Below, one piece after another: positions 52,127 to 64,000 of a stretch of 64,000 bases of DNA. The stretch is from assembly GCF_009914755.1 (NCBI RefSeq), contig NC_060925.1; one strand, written 5' to 3'. The first letter of the stretch is position 1. The number at the start of each line of letters is the position of its first letter. The notes under the pieces were generated by a model that did no database searches, was not told where the DNA came from, and saw only the letters and a list, made by a program, of their open reading frames with translations. The stretch comes from the human T2T-CHM13v2.0 reference genome, Homo sapiens. The position numbers and the translations under genes were made by a program.

Positions 52127-54232
52127 TGATGCACTCTTTAAAGTGCCACTTCCTGGCTGGAGGCCAACCAACACAAAACTAACTCAATAAATGAAACTAC
52201 AACCAAGGACCCTCACAGAGTCCACTTCACTCCACTGCCACTTCCACCAGAGCAGGTGCTGGTATCCACAACTGAGAGACCTGAAGACAGTTCACATCAC
52301 AGGACTCTTTGAAGACACCCCTAGCACCAACCTGGAGCCCAGTAGCTCCTCTGGGTGGCTACATCCAGAAGAGAAATAACAATCACTGCAGTTTGGCTCT
52401 CAGGAAGCCACTTCCCTAGGGGAAGGAAGAGAGCACCACATCAAAGGGGCACCTGGTGAGACAAAAGAATCTGAACAGCAGTCCTTGAGCCCCAGACTTT
52501 CCTCTGACATAGTCTGCCCAAATGAGAAGGAACCAGAAAAAACAACCCTGGTAATATGACAAAACAATGATCTTTAACACCCGCAAAAGATTACACTAGC
52601 TAACAAGCAATGGATCCAAACCAAGAAGAATTATCTGAATTGCTGGGAAAAGAATTCAGAAGGTTGATTATTAAGTTAATCGAGGAGGCACCAGAGAAAG
52701 GTGAAGTCTAACTTAATGAAATTTAAAAAATGATACAAGATCTGTAGGAAAAAATCTTCAGTGAAATAGGCAGTGTAAATAAAAAACAATCACAACTTCT
52801 GGAAAGGAAGGACACACTTAGAGGAATGCAAAATACACTGGAAAGTCTCAGCAATAGAATTGAACAAGTAGAAGAAAGAACTTCAGAGCTCAAAGACAAG
52901 GCTTTTGAATTAACTCAATCCAATGCAGAGAAAAAAAGAATTTTAAAAAATAAAGCCTCCAGGAAGTTTGAGATTATGTTAAATGACCAAGCCTAAAAAT
53001 AATTGATGTTCTCAAGGAATAAATCTAAAAGCTTGGAAAACACATTTGAGGGAATAATTCAGGAAAAATGCCCCAGCCTTGCTAGAAATCTAGACATCCA
53101 AATACAAGAACCTCAAAAATACCTGGAAAATTTATTTCAAAAAGATCATCACCTAGGCACATAGTCATCAGGTTATCTACAGTCAAGATGGAGGAAAGAC
53201 TCTTAAGAGCTGTGAGGCAAAAGCATCAGGTAACCTATAAAGGAAAACCTGTCAGATTAACAGTAGATATCTCAGCAGAAGCCCTACAAGTTGAAAGGGA
53301 TTGGGGCCCTATATTTAGCCTCCTTAAACAAAATAGTTATCACCCAAGAATTTTGTATCCAGTAAAACTAAGCTTCGTAAATGAAGGAAAGATATAGTTT
53401 TCTTCAGACAAACATGTGCTGACAGAATTCACCACTACCAAGTCAGTACTACAAGAACTGCTAAAAGGAGCTCTAAATTTTGAAACAAATCCTGAAAATA
53501 CATCAAAACAGAATCTCTTTAAAGCATAAATCTCACAGAACTTATAAAACAAAAATACAATGTAAAAAAATCAATGTATACAGGTCATACATAGCACGAT
53601 GAATGGAATGGTACCTTACATCTCAATACTAATGTTGAATGTAAATGGCCTAAATGCTCCACTTAAAATATATGGAATTGCAGAATGGAGAAGAATTTCA
53701 CTGACCAACTATCTGCTGCCTTCAAGAGACTCGCCTAACACGTATGGACTCACATAAACTTAAGGTAAAGGGGTGGAAAAAGACATTCCATGCAAATGGA
53801 CATCAAAAGTGAGCAGAAGTAGCTATTCTTATATACAGACTAAACAAACTTTAAAGCAACAGCAGTTAAAAAAGACAAAGAGGGTGGAGCCAAGATGGCA
53901 GAATAGGAACAGCTCCGGTCTACAGCTCCCAGCGTGAGCGACACAGAAGACAGGTGATTTCTGCATTTCCATCTGAGGTACCGGGTTCATCTCACTAGGG
54001 AGTGCCAGACAGTGGGTGCAGGACAGTGGGTGCAGCGCACCATGCATGAGCCGAAGCAGGGCGAGGCATTGCCTTACTCGGGAAGCACAAGGGGTCAGGG
54101 AGTTCACTTTCCTAGTCAAAGAAAGGGGTGACAGACAGCACCTGGAAAATTGGGTCACTCCCACCCTAATAGAGTGCTTTTACAACGGGCTTAAAAAAAC
54201 AGCACACCAGGAGATTATATCCCGCACCTGGC

Positions 54233-54331
54233 TCAGAGGGTCCTACCCATGGAGTCTTGCTGATTGCTAGCACAGCAGTCTGAGTTCAAACTGTGAGGCG
54301 GCAGTGAGACTGGGTGAGGGGCGCCTGCCAT
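54233..54331 (-). pseudogene. L1 ORF0 (truncated, 32 aa)
   Basis: MAGAPHPVSLPPHSLNSDCCASNQQDS.. matches the primate L1 ORF0 N-terminus, then frameshifts to a stop. Confidence 0.75.
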
Positions 54332-54915
54332 TGCCCAGGCTTGAGGTAAACAAAGCAGCTGGGAAGCTCGAAGTGGGTGGAGCCCACCACAGCTCAAGAA
54401 GGCCTGCCTGCCTCTGTAGGCCCCACCTCTGGGGGCAGGGCACAGACAAAAAGACAGCAGTAACCTCTGCAGACTTAAATGTCCCTGTCTGACAGCTTTG
54501 AAGAGTAGTGGTTTTCCCAGCATGCAGCTGGAGATCTGAGAATGGGCAGACTGCCCCCTCAAGTGGGTCCTTGACCCCTGAGCAGCATAACTGGGAGGCA
54601 CCCCCCAGTAGGGGTAGACAGACACCTCACATGGCCGGGTACCCCTCTGAGACAAAACTTCCAGAGGAACGATTAGGCAGCAGCATTTGTGGTTCACCAA
54701 GATCCGCTGTTCTACAGCCACCGCTGTTCTGCAGTCACCGCTGCTGATACCCAGGCAAACAGAGTCTGGAGTGGACCTCTAGCAAACTCCAAAAGACCTG
54801 CAGCTGAGGGTCCTGTCTGTTCGAAGGAAAACTAATAAACAGAAAGGACATCCACACCAAAAACCCTTCTGTACGTCACCATCATCAGAGACCAAAAGTA
54901 GATAAAACCACAAAG

Positions 54916-55930
54916 ATTGGGAAAAAACAGAGCAGAAAAACTGGAAACTCTAAAAAGCAGAGCACGTCTCCTCCTCCAAAGGAACGCAGCTCCTCACCAG
55001 CAATGGAACAAAGCTGGATGGAGAAGGACTTTGATGAGCTGAAAAAGAAGGCTTCAGACAATCAAAGTACTCCAAGCTACAGGAGGAAATTCAAACCAAT
55101 GGCAAAGAAGTTAAAAACTGTGAAAAAAAATTAGACGAATGGATAACTAGAATAACCAAAGCAGAGAAGTCCTTAAAGGAGCTGATGGAGCTGAAAGCCA
55201 AGGCTCGAGAACTACGTGAAGAATGCAGAAGCCTCAGGAGCCGATTCAATCAACTGGAAGAAAGGGTATCAGTGATGGAAGATGAAATGAATGAAATGAA
55301 ACGAGACGGGAAGTTTAGAGAAAAAGGAATAAAAAGAAATGAACAAAGCCCCAAGAAATATGGGACTATGTGAAAAGACCAAATCTACGTCTGATTGGTG
55401 TACCTGAAAGTGACAGGGAGAATGGAACCAAGTTGGAAAACATTCTGCAGGCTATTAACCAGGAGCACTTCCCCAATCTAGCAAGGCAGGCCAACATTCA
55501 GACTCAGGAAATACAGAGAATGCCACAAAGATACTCCTTGAGAAGAGCAGCTCCAAGACGCATAATTGTCAGATTCACCAAAGTTGAAATGAAGGAAAAA
55601 ACGTTAAGGGCAGCCAGAGAGAAAGGTTGGGTTACCCACAAAGGCAAGCCCATCAAACTAACAGTGGATCTCTCAGCAGAAACTCTACAAGCCAGAAGAG
55701 AGTGGGGGCCAATATTCAACATTCTTAAAGAAAAGAATTTTCCACCCAGAATTTCATATCCAGCCAAACTAAGCTTCACAAGTGAAGGAGAAGTAAAATA
55801 CTTTACAGACAAGCAAATGCTGAGAGATTTTGTCACCACCAGGCCTGCCCTAAAAGAGCTCCTGAAGGAAGCACTAAACATGGAAAGGAACAACCGGTAC
55901 CAGCCACTGCAAAAACATGCCAAAATGTAA
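54916..55930 (+). pseudogene. L1 ORF1p (start ATG>ATT, frameshifted)
   Basis: Fragments ELKAKARELREECRS.. and KRPNLRLIGVPE..PRISYPAKLSF..HAKM*. Confidence 0.93.
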
Positions 55931-55993
55931 AGACCATCAAGGCTAGGAAGAAACTGCATCAACTAACGAGCAAAATAACCAGCTAACATCATA

Positions 55994-59822
<3,829 letters not shown>

Positions 59823-62800
59823 ACAATGAGAACACTTGGACACAGGAAGAGGAACATCACACTCCGGGGACTGTTGTGGGGTGGGGGGAGGGGGTAGGGA
59901 TAGCATTAGGAGACATACTTAATGCTAAATGATGAGTTAATGGGTGCAGCACACTAACACGGCACATGTATACATATGTAACAAACCTGCACATTGTGCA
60001 CATGTACCCTAAAACTTAAAGTATAATAATAATAAAAAAGAAAGAAAGAAAGAAAAAAAAAAAAAAGACAAAGAGGGACATTATATAATGATAAAAGGCC
60101 TTGTCCAACAGGAAAATATCACAATGCTAAATATATATGCACCTAACACTGGAGCTCCCAAATTTATGAAACAATTACTACTAGACGTAAGAAATGAGAT
60201 AGACCAGCAACACAATTACAGTGGAAGACTTCAATATTCCACTGATAGCACTAGACAGGTCATCAAGACAGAAAGTCAACAAAGAAACAATGGATTTAAA
60301 CTATATCCCAGAACAAATGGCCTTAACAGATATTTACAGAACATTCTACACAACAACCACAGAATATACATTCTACTAATGAGCACATGGAACTTTCTCC
60401 AAGGTAGATCATATGATAGGCCACAAAACAAGTCTCAATACATTTAAGAAAACCGAAATTATATCAAGTGCTCTCTCAAACAAGAGTGGAATAAAACTGG
60501 AAATCAACTTTAAAAGAAACCTTCAAAACCATGCAAATACCTAGAAATTAAATAACCTGCTCCTAAATGATCATTGTAAACTATGAAATCAAGATGGAAA
60601 TTAAAAAATTATTTGAAGTGAACAATTGTGACACAACCTATCAAAACCTCTGGGATACAGCAAAGGTAGTGCTAAGAAGAAAGTTCATAGCTTTAAATGT
60701 CTACATCAATAAGTCTGAAAGAACACAAATAGACAATCTAAGGTCACACCGCAAGGAAATAGAGAAACAAGAACAAACCAAACCCAAGCCCAGCAGAAGA
60801 AAAGAAATAACAAATAACAGAGCAGAAATAAATGAAATTGAAACCAAAAAATAACACAAAAGATAAATGAAATCAAAAGCTGTTTCTTTGAAAAGATAAA
60901 ATTGATAGACCATTATTGAGATTAACCAAGAAAAGAAGAGAGAAGATCAAAATAACCTCAATTAGAAACAAAACTATTGGGAGATATTACAACCAATACT
61001 ACAGAAATACAAAAGATCATTCAAGGCTCTTATGAACACTTCTAGTTTATGTGCATAAACTAGAAAACCTAGAGGAGATGGATAAATTCTTAGAAATATT
61101 CAACCCTCCGAGATTAAACCAAGAAGAAATAGAAACTCTGAACAGACCAATAACAAGCAGTGAGATGAATTAAAATGGTAATGAAAAAATTGCCAACCAA
61201 AAAAAGTCCGGGACCAGATAGATTCATGGTTGAATTCTATCAGACATTCAAAGAATTGCTACCAATCCTGTTGACACTATTTCACAGGATCAAGAAATAG
61301 GGAATCCTCCTTAAATTATTCAATGAAGCCAGTATCACCCTAATATCAAAACCAGGAAAGGACACAACCAAAAAAGAAAACTACAGACCAATATCCCTGA
61401 TGAACATAGATGCAAAAATCTTGTCTTGTTAAGACAAGATACTAGCTAACCGAATGAAACAGCATATCAAAAAGATAATCCACCATGGTCAAGTGGGTTT
61501 CATACCAGCGATTCAGGGATGGTTTAACATGTGCAAATCAATAAATGTGATACAAAAATCATACGATCATCTCAATAGATGCAGAAAGGCATTTGACAAA
61601 ATCCAGCATCCCTTTATGATTAAAACCCTCAGTAAAATCAGCATAGAAAGGACATAGCTTAAAGTAATAAAAGCCACCTATGACAAATGCACAGCCAACA
61701 TAATACTGAACTGGGAAAGCACTCCCCCTGAGTACTGGAACAAAACAAGGATGCAAATTCTTACCACTTCTATTCAATATAGTACTGGAAGTCCTAGCCA
61801 AAGCAATGAGACAAGATAAATAAATAAATGTCTTCCAAATCAGTAAAGGGGAAGTCAAACTGTTGCTGTTTGCTGATGATATGATCATATACCTAGAAAG
61901 TCCTAAAGACTCCTCCAAAAAGCTCCTAGAACTGATAAATGAATTTAGCAAAGTTTCAAGATACAAGATTAATGTACACAAATCAGTAGCTCTGCTATAC
62001 ACCAAAAGTGACCAAGCAGAGAAACAAATCAAGAACTCAGTCACTTTTACAATAGCTGCAAAAAAAAAAAAAAAAAAAAAAACTTAGGAAAATACCTAAT
62101 CAAGGAAGTGAAAGACCTCTACTAGGAAAACTACAAAACACTGCTGAAAGAAATCATAGATGACACAAACAAATGGAAACACATCCCATGCTCACGGATG
62201 GGTAGAATCAATATTGTGAAAATGCCCATACTGCAAAAGCAATCTATAAATTCAATGCAATTCCCATCAAAATACCACCATCATTCTTCACAGAACTAGA
62301 AAAAACCATCCTAAAATTTATATGGAACCAAAAAAAAGTCTGCATCACCAAAGCAACACTAGGCAAAAAGAACAAATCTGGAGGCATCCCACTACCCAAC
62401 TTCAAACTATACTGTAGGGGCATAGTCACCAAAACAGCATGGTACTGGTATAAAAATAGGCACATAGACCAATGGAACAGAATAGAGAACTCAGAAATAA
62501 AGCCAAATACTTACAGCCAACTGATCTTTAACAAAAGAAACAAAAATATAAAGTGGGGAAAAGACGCCATATTTAACAAATGATGCTGAGATCATTGGCA
62601 AGCCACATGTAGAAGATTGAAACTGGATCATTATCTGTCACCTTATACAAAAATCAACTCAAGATAGATCAAAGACTTAAATCTAAGACCAGAAACCACA
62701 AAAATTCTAGAAGGTAACATTGGAAAACCCGTTCTAGACATTGGCTTAAGCAAAGACTTCATGACCAAGAACCCAAAAGCAAATGCAACAAAAACAAAGG

Positions 62801-64000
62801 TAAATAGATGTGACTAAATTAAACTAGAAAGCTTTGGCACAGCAAAAGAAATAATCAGCAAAGTAAACAGACAACCCACAGAATGGGAGAAAATCTTTGC
62901 AATCTATTCATCCAACAGGGGACTAATATCCATAATATACAAGGAACCCAAACAAATAAGCAAGGAAAAAACAAACAATCCCATCAAAACGTGGGCTGAG
63001 GATAGACGATTCTCAAAAGAAGATATACAAATGGCCAACAAAAGTATGAAAAAATGCTCAATATTGCTAATGATTAGAGAAATGCTAATCAAAACCACAA
63101 TGTGATACCACCTTACTCCTGTAAGAATTGCCATAATCAAAAAATAAAAAAATATATATGTTGGCATGGCTGTGGTGAACAGGGAACATTTCTACACTGC
63201 TGATGGGAATGTAAACTAGTACAGCCACTATGGAAAACAGTGCAGAGATTCCTTAAAGAACTAAAAGTAGAACTACCATTTGATCCAGCAATCCCACTAG
63301 TGGGTATCTACCCAGAGGAAAAGAAGTCATTATACAGAAAAGATACTTGCGCACCCATGTTTATAGCAGCACAATTTACAATTGCAAAAATATGGAACCA
63401 GCCCAAGTGACCATCAATCAACAAGTGGATAAAAACATTATGGTATATATATACCATAGAACACTACGCAGCCATAAAAAGAACAAAATAATGACATTTG
63501 CAGCAACCTGGATGGAATCGGAGACCATTATTCTAAGTAAAGTAACTCAAGAATAGAAAACCAAACATCATATGTTCTCACTCATAAGTGGGAGCTAAGC
63601 TATGAGGATGCAAAGGCATAAGAATGATACAATGGACTTTGAGGACTCGGGGAGAGAGTGGGAGGGGGGTGAGGGATAAAAGACTACACATTGGGTACAG
63701 TGTACACTGCTTGGTTGACGGGTGCACCAAATCTCAGAAATCACCACTAAATAACTTATTCATGTAACCAAACACTACCTGTTTCCCAAAAATCTATTGA
63801 AATAAAAAAATTTTTTTAAAAGTGCATTATGGAAACTTTATGATAATAAGCTTGAAAGCCTATATGAAATGAAAACATTTCTAGAAAAACAAGAAACACA
63901 AAAATTGATAGAAGGAAAAACTGAAATTTGAATAGACCAATAAACACGAAATAAAATGAAATGTAATCAAAGATCTCTCTGTCTAAAAATCTGTAGGCAT

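Noticed and set aside
55504-55962. Antisense ORFs over L1 (also 58057-58338, 61559-62044)
   Set aside because: Common shadow ORFs of the L1 antisense strand

Overview
Primate (human-like, catarrhine or hominoid) genomic DNA that appears intergenic or intronic. I found no convincing host protein-coding exon, RNA gene, CpG island or CRISPR-like array. The long ORFs in the track come from L1/THE1 remnants, Alus, simple repeats or chance. Bases 1-47,000 mix unique sequence with ancient repeats (MIR, L2, MLT1, LTR33, MER74-like, LTR47-like, hAT MITEs, an Arthur1 hAT-Tip100 element with a fossil transposase) and eight Alus. Bases 47,500-64,000 are a nested L1 stack: an old L1M ORF2 fragment holds a full-length L1PB1, which in turn holds a two-LTR THE1B, an antisense L1PA5-like fragment and a full-length L1PA3/4. 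Each of these four insertions is bounded by a readable target-site duplication (TSD). The most unusual observations are: (1) a 41-bp segment apparently copied from 4.6 kb away into an LTR, with iterative re-copying (templated insertion); (2) a probable short L1 3' transduction; (3) a template-switch hairpin in L1PB1; (4) an Alu tail expanded into a ~325-bp pyrimidine tract; (5) candidate regulatory modules (tandem CCAAT + CRE + ARE, STAT5 cluster, CTCF site). Subfamily names come from recalled consensus sequences, not a database search. I found no evidence of a wholly new biological system.
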